From positions 1,054,001-1,118,000 of the forward strand of contig JAYWIR010000029.1 of NCBI GenBank assembly GCA_036172245.1: a stretch of 64,000 nucleotides of DNA. Direction: 5' to 3'. Source of the DNA: Raillietiella orientalis (Eukaryota). The notes under the pieces were generated by a model. That model made no database searches and was not told the DNA's origin. It worked only from the letters and a program-made list of their open reading frames with translations. Shown here one piece after another: positions 37,001-49,887 of this stretch. Made by a program: the position numbers and the translations under genes. Position 1 is the stretch's first letter. Every line of letters starts with the position of its first letter.

Positions 37001-38899
37001 CCCTGGGGAGACGCCTATCGGGTGCGGCCCTTCCTTGGGCCCCGCCCGTCCGCATTGAATCAACAGTGGCGAGTCCTCCGCGGCGGGAGGACCGGGGTCC
37101 CCGGATCTTGCCCCGGGGGGAAGGGAGGAGAGGGAGCCGTGCCCCGAGCTGCGGGGACGCGCGCTCCCCTCGCTACTTTCCCGGCCCCCGACCTTCCAGA
37201 CGGAGGCGAGGCGGAGCGCGTGCACCCGACGACCGGCGGCGCGCGATCGAACGCCTTCTGATCAGGTGCGGGCGCGAGCTTCTTTTTCTTCCCCCCCCCC
37301 CTTCCCTCCTCCTCCTTCTTCCTCTCTTCCTTCAGGGGAAAGTTTTTTTTTTTTTGTTGTGCGCTTTTCAAAGTGATGACCACATATATAAGAGTTGAAG
37401 ACAATCTGGAGCGATCTAGTTGGATGCTGCCGCTAACGATGTGCTTGGAGAGGATGCTGCTGCTCCCAGCCGTGAGTGCGTGCGCTGCTGCTGCTGTCGC
37501 TGTTGTTTTTCGCCGCCTTACTCCCTCCTCCCTCCCCCCTTCTTCCTTTCCCACTGTTGGTTGTTTGCCCGTTCATTTTCGCTTTGATTTTTTCGCGCCG
37601 GCGTGTTTTCCGTTTATTCACATTTTCCGTGGAAACGGCAGTTCCCCCCACCTCCCCCCCCCCGTAATGGCGAATAAGTGGAACATTCCTCCTTTTTGTG
37701 TGCGCTGCGTTTCGGCTCCGTGGAAACGGAGGAGGACGGAGGAGAAGAGTGATTTTTGCATCGGGGCAAATCGCCGGGAGCTCCGGCAGGGATAGGCGTC
37801 CGGGATCCCGTTGTTCCCCCCCTTCCTTCCGTGGGCGGGCGATAGGAAGGGGGTTGGGACAAACCAAGAGAGAAACTGGCAAGGCGAGCTCTCTCCCTGC
37901 CTCGCTCATGCCCCCTTCTTGCCCCCCCGGCGCGAGCGCAGGTTCCGGGCCATCGGGCAGCGGCGATGGTCCCCTCGGCTGTTCACCTCGAAGTCTCCGT
38001 TTCCGTCTTCGGGGGAGTCACGGCGTCCGCAAAACAGACGCGCCCCAGGGGACATGGTTTCCTCCCTCTCCAGGGGCAACGGGGGTCAATGGGAAAGGAG
38101 GGGGGGAGCAGAAAGAGATGCAGTCTCCCCCTCTTGGCGGCAGATGTGACCTGCCGTCGAGGGGCAGGAAAGGTCAACGGGAGCCAGACTTCTCCATCTC
38201 GGCTCGTCCTTCGGGCACGGTGGTGCTGGTCTGGAGCGCTTCCGGGAAGCGGTGGTGCGCGACGCTCTTTGGGGCGTGGGCGTGCGCGGAAAGGAGCAGG
38301 GCGAAGGAGGCTGCGGCGTCTCCCACAGTTCTTCGCCATCCAAGCATGGGGAGGAAAAGTTTCTAGAGGTCCCGCGCGGACGGAGATGGCCTTGGCAGGG
38401 TGGGGGGAAAGAAAGAGGAGCGATAGACCGGACCGGATCTCTCCCCTTTCTGTGCCTCCTCCTCCTCTCCCCTGACCCCAGACGAGGCGGCTCTGCGCTA
38501 CGGTTCTCAGCCGAACGAGCGCGCGGCTGAGGACCGCGTTCCCTTCATGACTGGAGGAGGTGCGCCTGCCCATTGGACGGCGGCGGCCACTGTCGTTTCG
38601 ACCCGCTGTTCAGGGAAATGGAAGTAGCCCGGGGACATGCGCAGAGCACTCGCCTGCCCATCTCCCCGGGACCAGGCACGTCTCTCCCGCGTCTCCTGCT
38701 GCAGCGAGACCGCCCATCCAGCGTCTCCGGAGTCTCCAAGGAGATCACACCGTTCGGCGGCTTCTGCCGTCGTTCAGAGCGCACGCTACTACGGCACCTA
38801 GAGGGAAAAAGGGGATAATCAGTTAGAGCGTAGCAAATTTAGCGGCTCCCTTTTAGCCCCGGACTCTGCCTCCGAGAGCTCTGTTCCCTAGCGGGATCT

Positions 38900-40300
38900 C
38901 CGTGGGGCATTAGGGAGACCGACCTCCCTTCCTCGACCGCTCGCTCCTTGCGCTCCTCTTTCCGGAGCAGTGAGCGCATGACCCTGTGCCAACTCTCCCT
39001 CCCTCCTCCTCCGTCTGGGCCCAGGCACGTCTTTCCCACGTCTTCTGCTGCAGAAAGCCCCCCTTCTTTTGCGGGAGGTCCTTGCCTTCCTGGCAAGACA
39101 CGGGGTCCTTTTCCGGGAGCTTTTACTAGCATCGTCCGGGAGACGGCTTTCTTTCCTCTCCTGGACGGCGCTGGTAAGGGGAAAAGGAAAGAGCGGCGGA
39201 GGGCGCGTCTGCTTGCCTCTTCCTCCTTCTCCCTTTCCTCCTTCTCCGGATCCCGAAGCAGGTTTCCGACGAGCGGCTTCCCCCTCTCTTCACCGCCCAG
39301 GGAGATGCCGGTCTCTGGCTCGATACTCCAAGGTGGTGCTGAACCGACCGCGACGACGGAAGTGGAGACCGTCTCGTGAGCAAGGCGCCAGGAGACCCAG
39401 GAAGAAGTTCGGCACGACCGGGTCAGCGTCGCAAACCCAGCGCCGCGGGGGCACAAGAGCTCACAGGCAACCGGAAGGCGACCTGGTTTCTCTAGTAACC
39501 CACTTAGGCTGCGGCAGCCGCCGCTGCCTCTGCATCCGTCCGGAAGTCGCCTGGGAACCACATGGGAGGCGGAAGAGGAGGAAGGGAGGAGGAGGAGGTA
39601 GAGGAAGAGGAAAGGAGAAGGAGGTGGTAGAGGAGAAGGAAGGAAGCAGGGGGAGGAAAAGGAAGAGCAGGAAAGGAGGAGGAGGAAGAGGAGAGGAGAA
39701 GGAAAGTGCACGCGCGCCGGCCCGAGCGGGCAGCTCGAAGAGAGCACCCATCCGGACTGGGGGGTGGAGGAGCAGCATCGACCCGCAAAGGTGACGCTTT
39801 CGGCTCGTTCGGCCTCCGGGATGCTTCCTGCCCGCACGCAACGGTCCTCCTTTGAGAGATCATTCGTCGAAGGGGGCACGCCAGTCACCACGCAAAGGAA
39901 GACGGCGGGTGCACCCTTACTGGATCTCCGAGCTTCCGGCTTTTCCCCGCCACCCCCTTCCGTCCAGAAGGAGACGTGAAGGGGGAGGTCCATAGAGGGA
40001 CGAGGGAGGATCTCCGCCGCGCCTCCAAGATGTCTTCCGGGGAGTTCGCACGCATAGTGCTGTGCATCTGCGGAATTCCCTGCGGCGACCACTGTCCGAG
40101 CGAGCGAGGAGCATCTCTGACAGGAGGAACGCCCAGGGCGCTCTTCCCGTGCGCCGTCAGGTCAAACGGGACAGGAAAAGGAGGGATACGTCGAGACCGT
40201 TCATCGAAGGTTCTCTCTCGGAGGGGGAGAGACCCTCCTCTCGCTTTAGGGATCAGCATGGGACCATCCTGTTGGGACGAGAAGGCAAGAGGGGAGAGGG
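38900..40300 (+). mobile_element. Possible decayed L1-like ORF2 (RT to zf-RVT)
   Basis: GKTRGPFPGAFTSIVRE (RQG.PLSP..F..E-like) and RIVLCICGIPC..GGTPRALFPC (zf-RVT-like); both weak. Confidence 0.3.
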
Positions 40301-41653
40301 AGGAGCGGAGTGCTCGGGAGAGCCTGGAGGGGGATTGTACTATCCTTAACTCTTCGCCTCCTTCCTCTCGGCAAGCTGGAACGGGAGAGAGGTGAAGGGA
40401 GAATGCCTCGATCCGGGCGCCTGGCAACTAGGGCTGGGGGCGCCGAACGGGAAGAGTCGCATCTCTGCTTGGAGTTTCGGCCGGGACTCCACTCACCCAT
40501 CGTACGCTTCGTCCCTTCCTCTGAAACGGGGAAGCGCCGGTTGAAAGCCGGCGCGTATGCCTAGAAAGTTTCGTGCTACCCGGAAACCGAGAGGCGGCTT
40601 CTTCCCCCCCCCCCCTCCCCTCATCTCCCCTTTGCCATCCGCACGCACTGTCTCCGTCTGGCGGCCTAAAGGAAGAGTCCTAGGCTGCTTCAGCTCCCGT
40701 ACCCTGTAGCCCTCCTTCCTCTCTGTGCCTCTTTTCGACCTCCTGGCAACGTGCACTGTCACCCGGCAACGGATGGCTCCGCTGCGCTGGTCCATCCCCG
40801 CGCTTTCCGTCGAGGGAGACCTTGGTCAGCAAGGGACAGCAAGAGAATGGCCCTCTCCCGGCCGCCCCCACGTCGACTGAGCTTGCGCCCGGGTGCCCGC
40901 CATATTGGAATCTTCCGGAAGAGAGCGGAACACGGTCCGACTTTCCGGAGGGAATGGCGCGGTGCCCAGCGTCCTCCTCTCGCTCCTCTTCCTCCTCCGC
41001 GACGGTTGGTCGCCACGAGCGAGGCGCCCGCCGCGGCTCTGGACGATTCTTCCCCGCAGGTCCGAATCGGCTCCTCCCCTTCGTCCCTGTGGCCCCGCTG
41101 GCAGAAGCTGCGCGCGGCGGTTGGAGTAGCTCCTCGTGCCGGGACGTCCTTCCCCTCCCGACCTCTTGAGAGGTGCGCCACGGAGGACGCAGGCAGAGAC
41201 TCCTCCGCTCCTGTCTGCCCTTCGACGGGCTTCTCGGCTGCGCCGAGCTCGCCCTCTCCGGAGTGAGCACTATCTTGGCGCGCAGCGAGAAGGTGGGGTG
41301 ACTCCCTCTCTCGAGGGAGAGCACAGGGTCCAGATAGCTTCCCAAGAAGGAAGGGGTCATGTCTTCCGCCTTCCCCGAGCAGGTCGCGCTAGTCCGAGGT
41401 CTCCCGCTGTCTCCGTCCTGGGTGCGGGCGGGCGGCGAGCCTCTTCTTCCCGCCTCCGGATAGGATGGCAATCAGCTCCCAGCTGTGCTCCCGTAGGAGC
41501 TTTCTGCATCTTCGCGAACTTCTGGGGGAGGATCGCAGGGTCTCAGAGTATGGCGAGTGGCTCTGTGCTGGACTCGCAGAGACCCTGAGGGTGCAGGCTC
41601 CTGCGACTGGGATGGGGAGAGATTCAAGAGGAAGGCGTCTCCTGGAGCTCCTT

Positions 41654-41711
41654 GAGCCTCCGGAGGCTCTCCCGGGCCGGATGACCCTGCCAGTGCTGGC
41701 AGGGTCATCCG
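41654..41711. repeat. Adjacent perfect palindrome and inverted repeat
   Basis: GAGCCTCCGGAGGCTC (41654-41669) and CGGATGACCCTGCCAG-TG-CTGGCAGGGTCATCCG (41678-41711, 16-bp arms). Confidence 0.9.
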
Positions 41712-41845
41712 CCGTCTCCCAGGAACGACTCCAGCACGGAGATGCGGTGTGACAGTCGACCGCTCGAGGGAGAGTTCTACTCCCGCTTGTTCCGAATGGA
41801 TAGAGCTCCCTCTTTCCACCGCTCATCGTGAGGAAATCCCGACCT

Positions 41846-42900
41846 ATGGTCTCCGGAGGAACGGGAAAGTCCCGGGGAAGGGTTAGGGTCCGAACCAACA
41901 CTGACCTTTCCCTGGGGTGCCTCCTGCCGGACTTCTGTGGGTGACGAAAGCTGTCTTTCCAGGTCCTCCTCCCCTCCCGATTGCTGCTCGCCTCCTTCGT
42001 CGTCTCCTCGATCCTAGGGGATCCTCAGTACGGGAGAATCAGGAACGGAAGTCCAGGAAATCACTTCTCCCAGTACGCCTTCGCGCGGGGCAACGGTGAC
42101 CGCCGGCCCGACGGAGGCGGGAGCTGGCAGTTCCCGGATCACAGCAGACCTCCGCCCCCAGGTAAGAGGGACCTGCCCGTTCCCTTTCGACGGGGCGGGA
42201 AGGGCCGCTCTTCCAGAATTCGAACCGGGAAATACCACGCAGGGAGTCCTGGTGAAGGGTCCGGCCGTAGTGACAGGGTGGGGTCGGCCCACCTCGTCGA
42301 CCTCCTCCGGAGTCATCAAGTATCTAGAGAACGGGGAAGCGCGACCCCCACCCGGGGTCGGGAGACCCCCAGAGAGCCAGCGGACTCGCCCGCCTCTCCC
42401 AGGTGAGCCCCGTGAGGTTGTACCCGCGTTTTCTTGGAGGGACTCGTTCCGCAGCTCCATCGAGAACACCCGCGCCGACGGTCCCGAGGGTGCCCTCCGC
42501 CCCTCCCATCAAGGATGGCCCGAGATCCCGCCCCGAAGGACCGATCCGCCACCCCTCCGAGGAGCAGCGTCCCTCAGGGGACATCCACAAGCACATCTTC
42601 GCTTTTTCGCTGCCCGACGAGGAGCCCGAGCCTCCTGTCAGGGAGGTTCCGGTCCCGGCCCGCCCCGAGAAGCACTACAAGATCCTCTTCATCAAGCTGC
42701 CATCTGGACCACCGCCTTTGCTGCAGCCCCTCGTTGTCCCTCCTCCCCCGGATGTGAAGACGATCATCTACCTGCTGCTGCCCCGCCGCGAGATGGCGCT
42801 CCCACGCATCCAGGCAGCCCCCACGCCGAAGCCCAACCCGCCCAAGGTGTTCTTCGTGCCCTTCGGGAACGGAAACCGCGACAGAGGCTCCCGATCGTGA
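41846..42900 (+). CDS. Tweedle-family (DUF243) cuticular protein, probably 4 exons
   Basis: The last exon carries all four Tweedle blocks: IHKHIF, KHYKILFIKLP, KTIIYLL, PPKVFFV. Phase-consistent exons 41963-42161, 42217-42402 and 42455-42900 (GT-AG introns of 55 and 52 nt). Signal-peptide-like LLLASFVVSSILG. First exon 41846-41881 is tentative. Confidence 0.88.
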
Positions 42901-42943
42901 GCCCTCTGGGCGGAGTCTCCTTCTCGCCATCCCTCCACTGCCC

Positions 42944-42949
42944 AATAAA
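42944..42949 (+). promoter_or_regulatory. Polyadenylation signal of Tweedle gene 1
   Basis: AATAAA 44 nt after the TGA, in otherwise GC-rich sequence. Confidence 0.7.
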
Positions 42950-43899
42950 TAGGGGCTCGAAGTCCTGCTCCTTTTGCGGTTTCTCCGGGACATTCGGTGG
43001 CGGAGGCAGGCGGGAAGGGGACACCCCTGCTCCCGCAGGCGCCCCGGGCGCGCTGGCAGAGGAGGTCGGATGAGGTGGTACAGCTGTCCTCTGAGCATCC
43101 GGAAGCACCGTCTCCGCTCCCAGAGCTGCTCAAGCAGCGGGGGAGCGAAGGCAGGAAGGGGTCGAAGGGGACTCCCCCTAGTTCTTCGACTTGTGGTCTT
43201 CCCGCCGCTCCTGATAGTCGCGTGCTCTTTCACTGCCTTTGGCTGGTGTCGCCGTCAGAGGCTCCTACTCCTTTCCTTTCTTCCTCCTCCTCTTCATTCC
43301 TCCTTCATCTTCATTGTCACTCCTCTCCGTCAGCATCGCCATCTCCTCTTCTCCCATTCTTCCTCATTCTTGCCGTTACCCCCCTCCTTTCCTTCTTCCT
43401 GATTCTTCGCCTTCCTCTCTTCCTTTCTCGGAAGCGCGAGATGTCCTTCCCTACCACTGATTGATGGGTGACTGTCCAGCATGCTTGCAGGTTTCTTCCC
43501 GCCCTCACGACCCTTTCGTGTCCGTCGGGCAGCGACGCCGCCCAGGTGGAAGCCCTGCGGGGGGTCGCGAGCGAGCGATGAGCTACCGCGCCGTCCTGCG
43601 CGAACGAACGTCCAGGCCACCCCAGAAGTGGTCACCCTACCGAACTGCCCCAGTGCTCACCGCCTGCTTGCGCGTCTTCACCCTCCGCAACCGTTCTGGC
43701 TGCATGCGGGCGCGCGCCGGTTCCGGAGTCTTCGCGGTTCCCTGTCCCTGGGGAGGACAGTGGAGCGAGTCTCGGGCTGAAGAGTTCTAGGGATACTCCC
43801 GAGGCTGCTCTCTGTAAGAGTCCGGACTTCTCCACCTGGGAGGTCGCGAAGCAACTCCTCCCCCCTCCTCTTCCGTTCTTCGCAGTTTACAGGAGCATA

Positions 43900-44650
43900 C
43901 TCGACCGACACTCTGCGGAGGCGTGCCCTGGGAGTCGACTTCCTCCTCGGGACTGCGTGCCGATCTTTTATTCCCCCAAAGGGACGCCCTCCCCCCAAAA
44001 GAGGGAGTCTCGTTGCCGTGCCGCCTGCGCGTCCATTCGAGGCGGGAGATCTTGAGGATGTTTTGTGGGGCCGTCCAGAGACCGCCGCCGTCTCCTGGAT
44101 ACCGGCAAAGGATGGACCAGGAAATCCTCGACCAGATAAGAAGCGACGGATGGAATGGAAGATCCACACCCATTTGGGGACTCCAAAAGGGAACCTCCAT
44201 TTCCGGACTCGGGGGAACGGGGCGAAAATCCCCAGGAAGACGTTGTCGTCGTCTGCCCTCTGCTTGGGGAGTTCTGTGGCGCTGAAGACACGGGGCCACC
44301 GACGAGGATGGCGCGCCTCTCCCTAAGGAGCGGCTCCAGGGAGGAATGGGACTCTCTCTACGCCCACGTCAGACGGAATGATCCTCCAGAGAGGAATCCG
44401 AACTCAGGGGTTGTACACAGCCACTAGCGAGAGGTGAGTCCGGAAAATGCCCGCCTTGTCTGTGTGGCGTCCGCAGTTGCAGTTGTCTTTTGCGTGACGT
44501 GGGATCGTCTGCCGCAGTGGAAGATCTCAAGATCTCCGGAAGCGGAAGTTCAGAGGTCAGCGGAGAAGTCGATGGCTCACTTTTGGAGCCGAATCCTCTT
44601 CTGCCTTTCCATGATCTGAAGCTCGCGGCTTGGAGATCCGACAGAGCGGG
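43900..44650 (+). mobile_element. Decayed L1-like ORF2 3' part
   Basis: PPPSPGYRQRMDQEILDQIRSDGWNGRSTPIW..GLGG (P..I..F.W.GK..GGLG-like) and VTWDRLPQWKISRSPE..EKSMAHFW (zf-RVT-like). Confidence 0.45.
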
Positions 44651-45899
44651 AGGTCCCGGGTCGTCTTGGTGACGCCGAATGAGGTGACTGTTTATCTAGG
44701 GATGGGTTCTTTCCCTGGGATAGGAGGACGAGTCCACAGGGGAGCACCGATGGCGCCGTCCGGGAAGACTAGGGGGAGGAGCCATAGGACTAGCGGACGC
44801 GCTCATCTGCTCCTCCTCTCCCGAAGAGGCTCCCTCTCTCAGTTGCGAGCAGGAAAGGCGACTCTTGCCTTAGCAGAAGCGGACGTAGCACGGGGGCGGC
44901 TCATCGCAGGGTGGTCGATTCATGGATTGCTGCGATCGTAACTCGGGATGGGAGGAAACGATACCAGAGATCCTTCAGGAAGAAGCCCTGTTTCGGGAAC
45001 GCCCAGAGATTGGACGGGCACGGCCGAAAGTGCAAGCAGATTTGTGCTTCTCCCTCTATCTCTCTCTTCCTGTCTGTCGAAACGAAAATGGTGCTCTGGT
45101 ATCGAAGGCAGCTGAGATCCCAGACACTGTAATCTTTGCGACCTTTCGCACAGAAGCAATCCCCTATTTGGTTTCGAGAGTTGGCGGAACTTCTCTGGGA
45201 TCGGTCAGACAAGAGATCTGAGATGAGCATCTCGATTAGATGGTCCTGTATCCGCGGAGGGAACAACCGCTGCCCGCTTCGATTATCTGTTGGCGAGAGA
45301 AGCAAGCAGCGAGGCAAACGACTGGTTTCTCTGTTGGCCGCAAGATGTCAGGAACCAACGATCCCAGTGTGTCGCCACCGCACTGGACTTTTTGAAACCG
45401 CACGCGATGCACTCGGGGCAACCCTTCTCCCTCTCTCTCCCCTCTTCTCCCTCACTTTCTTGCCCCAGGACTTCCAGTGTGGCAGATGGTGGAGGATTCA
45501 TCACCGTGTCGTTTCTCAACTCTTTCTCCTGGTGCGGAACCTTACAGATCTGGAGACTCGACATTTTCCTGGACACTCGCCGACCAATGACCTCGACTGA
45601 ACACGTGCAAATGTTTGGGGGGGTCCCCTCGTGCAACAGACCTTTCCGCCTCGAGATGTGAGGCCCCCTCCCCAACTCGTGTCTGAGACCGGGATTGCGC
45701 GACCCACGAAACCCTTCTCTCCCTCTTGCATCTCTCTCGCGTGCGGTCGGATGAATCTGGAAGAGGGGAATCCGCATCCCTGATCCTTTCCTGTAGTGAC
45801 TCCTTCCTCTTGGTGTGTCGGCAAATGCCCCGGAGGGTGCGAAGAGCACCGAGGGATCGCTCCGAGCCGCAGAGGACGGACAAGGTGACGCGCTCTAGC

Positions 45900-48500
45900 G
45901 GAAAGGAGCGGCTGGCGACGCCCGGAAGGGCTGGTCTCACTCAGAGCGGATACGGGAGGGAGAGTCCCGCCTTCCGAGGCGTGGATCCCGGACGCCCCTT
46001 CTTTTCCTCCTTAGGAGGATGGAGGAGCGAGCGAGGCAATGACTCCTCCGCCCCTGTTGGCTCCCACGTCATGAGCTTCCCTTGAAAGGCGAGACGGCGT
46101 TCAAGCACGAAAGGAAGGCTAGGCGTCCCCTCGGGGGGACAACTCGCCGCGATCCCATTCCGCTCCCCCTCCTCCGTGGAGGACGGTCTTGAGCAGCAGT
46201 ACCCTCTCACCTGGTAGAGCTGCGTGGTGGGATTGTCTCCTGGACTGCGATAGCCACTGGCGGTCGGCGCCGAAGACACTGATCTTCAAGAGCTTCCCCT
46301 TTGCGATGAGGATGCCAGAGGGGGAGAAACACGGAGCGGGAAGAAAAGACAACCGAGGAACCGGGAAGGGGAAGTTTCCCTCCCGTCCCCCCCCCCATCC
46401 ACTTCTTGCTGCCCTCTTGAGACTTCAACCCGTCCGTGGGAGGCAGGTGAGGTCGCTGAAGATTCCCGAGTTAACCGAGATGCCTCCGGGAGGACGTTCC
46501 AGTCCAGATGAGTCTGTCGACTCCCTCCCCCCTAGGATGAGTGGACCCCACCCTCCATCTGTTCGCGAACGGACGCAGCGCGTGTGGCCCGAGACGCGGA
46601 AGAGGCGGAGGATGTTGGAGAAAGGTCTGTTGGAGACGCTGTTGGAGAAGAGACCTCTGGAAGAGCGTCGCTCTTCTGCTTGGGGCCTTCCACTGTGGTG
46701 TCGGTGGAGGTGGGCCGTGCTGGAGGCCATCTGCTGGAGCCCGTCCACCTTCAGGGAAGCGCTCAGGTCCCGGTTGGGAGCACAGGGAGCTGCACCTCCG
46801 CGGCGGTGTCAGGGAGGCTGAAAACGCTCGCGTTTCCAAGAGAACAGCTCTTGGAGCGGGACCCACGGGAGAACGGGAAGGAAAGGCACGCCGGCGCTGG
46901 ACCGAGAGGATGCTCCGCAGGTGCTTCAGGTCCGTCTCCTAGGCATCGCTGATTTTTTGACGGCCACTTGACAGGAGGTCAGGGGACAGCGCGACCTCGA
47001 ATGCGCCCCTGATCTCAGTCAATGCGAGTGAGCTCGAAGGGCACCGCCTCCCTCCAATCTGGAAGGTCTCCTTCGGGACGCGTGGTCCTCTCTGTCCCCT
47101 CCCTCAGGAGGGGCACCTGCTCTTCCGCAAACGCGGAGGGCGCACGACCAGAACGTGCGGAGAAGAGGCAGCAGGGAAAGGGAGGGGGACCACGACAAAG
47201 TGAACAGCTTGGGGGCTGCAGGCCTCTTGACCTCCCCTCCCTCTTGGATGGCGAGACGCTGGACAAGGAATCCTCCGAGGGGTGCACAACGTGACTCACC
47301 TATCCAAGTGACCGGCCTTGATGATGGATGACCCTCAAGCTACGCCCGAAATGTCGCCTCCAGCAGTCTGTTGGGTGCTGCGTGGCTCTTTCCCTGCTGC
47401 AGGGAGGAAGAGGGGGAGATCGCTGCTGGCTCCCGCACCCAGCCGCCGAAGCAGAGCGGTGCTCCTGGCCCCGGAGTTCTGTTGTCGGGGATCTCGGATT
47501 CCGGCGACCAGCAGGAAGGATCGTGACGGTGCTGCTCGCAGAGGGAGCCTGGCGTCTTCTCTACCGCAGTTTCTGGATGCCCGCTGGCGCCTTTCGAAAA
47601 GGATTTACGGAAGAGGAAGGGAAAAGCAGGGAAGGCCCCCAGCCGTGGGGGATCCAGGAAATAGTCTACGACCCACGAGGATCCAAAAGGACTCCACCCT
47701 TCCGCGGTGGGAGGCAGCAGCAGCAAGCAGTCCAGCCCCTTCTGAAGGCTGTGGTATCCCGGCAGTAGGTCCGAAAAAAGGGCTTCGGGGTGGCGAAGGT
47801 GCCTTTCTGGAGGGGCGAACCCCGGAGCGGCGACCACGCACCCCAAGGGCAAGCTGGTGCGATCTCATGTCTCCGTACCTGAATCTGACGATGGCACGCA
47901 TCACGTGGCGAGAGGGCGCACGAACGTCGTCGTCAGTGCCTTCCCGCGTGCTGCCCCCTGGTAGAACGCACGCCCTCCTCTCCGGAGACGAGAGAGGAAC
48001 CTCGGAGGAGCCGAACTGGTTCTCGGACGCGGCCCGCAGGTTCAGCTAGGACGTGTATACACGCACGTGAAACCCGTGGCAGCGAGTGTGCCTGGGGACG
48101 CAGTTTCCCAGAGGGCTGTTGCGTTGCCAGGCGCGCCCCATCTGGCGAGCGCGAAAGCTTCCGGAAAAGCGAAAGCTCCTCCAGGGTTGGCGTGCTCGAG
48201 AGAAGCACCCGGTACGCTTAAGGTCGTCTCCTTCCCCAGGCGCTGAGGTCGAATCCACTCTAGGGATCCGGGTGGCTCACGGCCACTCTCGTGTCAGCTC
48301 ATCCTCTTCTGCTGCTTCCAGCGCTTTCGGGACGGCTGGAAGAAAAGGGGTGCCTCGGGCAGTTTGGATGGTCCTTCTGCACTCTTCTCCTGCAACGTTC
48401 GGTCAATCCACGACTTCAGGGATCGGGGATAAAAGGGATTCTTTCCTGACGAATCCCCCATTTCTCCTCCCCCTCCCCTCCCCAGAGAGGCCATTCCGAG
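45900..48500 (-). mobile_element. Long decayed L1/Tx1-like ORF2 (endonuclease + RT)
   Basis: Colinear relics: IDRTLQEKS (DI.LQET), VRVYTS (NVYAP), SWVVDYFL..ASGH (RIDYFL..SDH), ETDLKHLRSILS (TDYKILSKIL), FSNSVSNRPFSNILRLF (AFDSV..L.NIL..F), SVNSGIFS..RTG (VNG..S..RG), GILIAKGKLLKISVFGAD (GI.I..KISLFADD). Confidence 0.65.
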
Positions 48501-49337
48501 GAGAGTCACATCTCTTTACAGAAACCCAACCAAAATACAGGGGGAGAAGATCACGACAGGGGAGAGGGGATAAAGCTCTAGACCCTTCCTAAAAACAGGA
48601 TCTGCCGCGCAGGCAGGGGAGTGCGCAGAGGTGTTCTGCGTCCTGTCCGCAGCCTTCATCTGGGAGCGAGCACGCCCACTCTTCTGGGCAGCTTCGTAGG
48701 CAAGGCGCGTCCCAGGGGTCGAAAGCTGCCTTCAGGTCTCCCGTGACCGGCCGCCGTCGCGGATCTGCCTCTCGCAGCCTAGCAAATTCTTTTTACATCC
48801 CTTCCCCCCCACCCATCCCTCCCCGCTTCCAGTAGGTATCGCATTGTGTCTCCATCTCACCTCTCGGAACACCCAGGGCTGTTCCCCACGAATCTGCGCC
48901 CACTCCCCTCTCCCAGAGAAAGAAGGGATGTTGCCTACCCTGCTGCTGCCTGTGGGGTCGTCTCCTGAAGCCTCCTCGTCTGGACTACCCGTGACGCCTA
49001 ATGCATCGCATCGCGCCCGCTATTCACGGTGACAAAAACCCAACGCACGGGCAGCGTCATCTCTTCGGTCGCTGCAGAAGCTTACGTTCCCTCGTGTTTC
49101 TCCGCTCGCTCCCGCCAAGGAACAAACATCCACGGAAAAAGCTGAGCGGCTGCGCATGCACTGAGAACAGACATCTCTCTGGGGGTCTCTCCCAGGCTTC
49201 TCATTAGACGGTCTTTCTGGAATGACCACAAGGGATTCGCCTCCGGCGAAATACGCTATTCCGACAGGAAAAGTCCGTTTATTGGAACTGCGTGCAGAGA
49301 AGCGGAGCTTGGCAGATTCGTGATCCACCAGTGAGCG

Positions 49338-49366
49338 CTCTCTCTCTCTCTCACTCTCTCTCTCTC
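49338..49366. repeat. (CT)n microsatellite
   Basis: Seen directly in the sequence. Confidence 0.9.
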
Positions 49367-49887
49367 CAGGAGAGCACGAAAAACACCTAACAGGACAGTT
49401 TTTCTTCTTTTTCTTTGTTTCACAGGAGGAGGTGCGACGGAAGTGTCAGGAAGGCATCATCGTTGTTCCCCCGTCGGCTCCGCTTCTTAGGTGCATCGTC
49501 CTGGGACGTGTATGGATCCTTGGATGGGCACGCCCGCAGCAGGGCCTGCGGGGATGGTGGGGAGAAGGGAGGGTGGAGGGAGAGGGTCTCTTCAGGGAGC
49601 AGCGTCCGCAGCTTCACGTGGCGCGCTCAGTCTGTGGCAGGCAGGATCTTCCTTGAAGTTCCCGGAGGCAGAGATGTCGCGCGGGCTTTTCGCATCAAAC
49701 CGCTGTCATCGAGGTCTCCAGGGGAAAGCGGCCGCGGGAAGAAGTTTTCGAGAAGAGGGCAGTGGGGGAATAGGGTGAGGAGGTGAGGGGGACAAAGGGG
49801 CGACCTCTTCTCTCTTCCTCCTCCTCTCCGAATCTGTGAGCACGCGGCAGCTGGCAGACTGAGCCGCCAAGGGAGCGCTGTCCTTTC

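Noticed and set aside
38839..40092. 417-aa minus-strand ORF
   Set aside because: Openness is explained by GC richness and a purine tract; the weak element relics there are on the opposite strand.
42096..43073. 325-aa ORF as a standalone gene
   Set aside because: Only 42217-42402 is used, as a Tweedle exon; the rest is an alternative frame.
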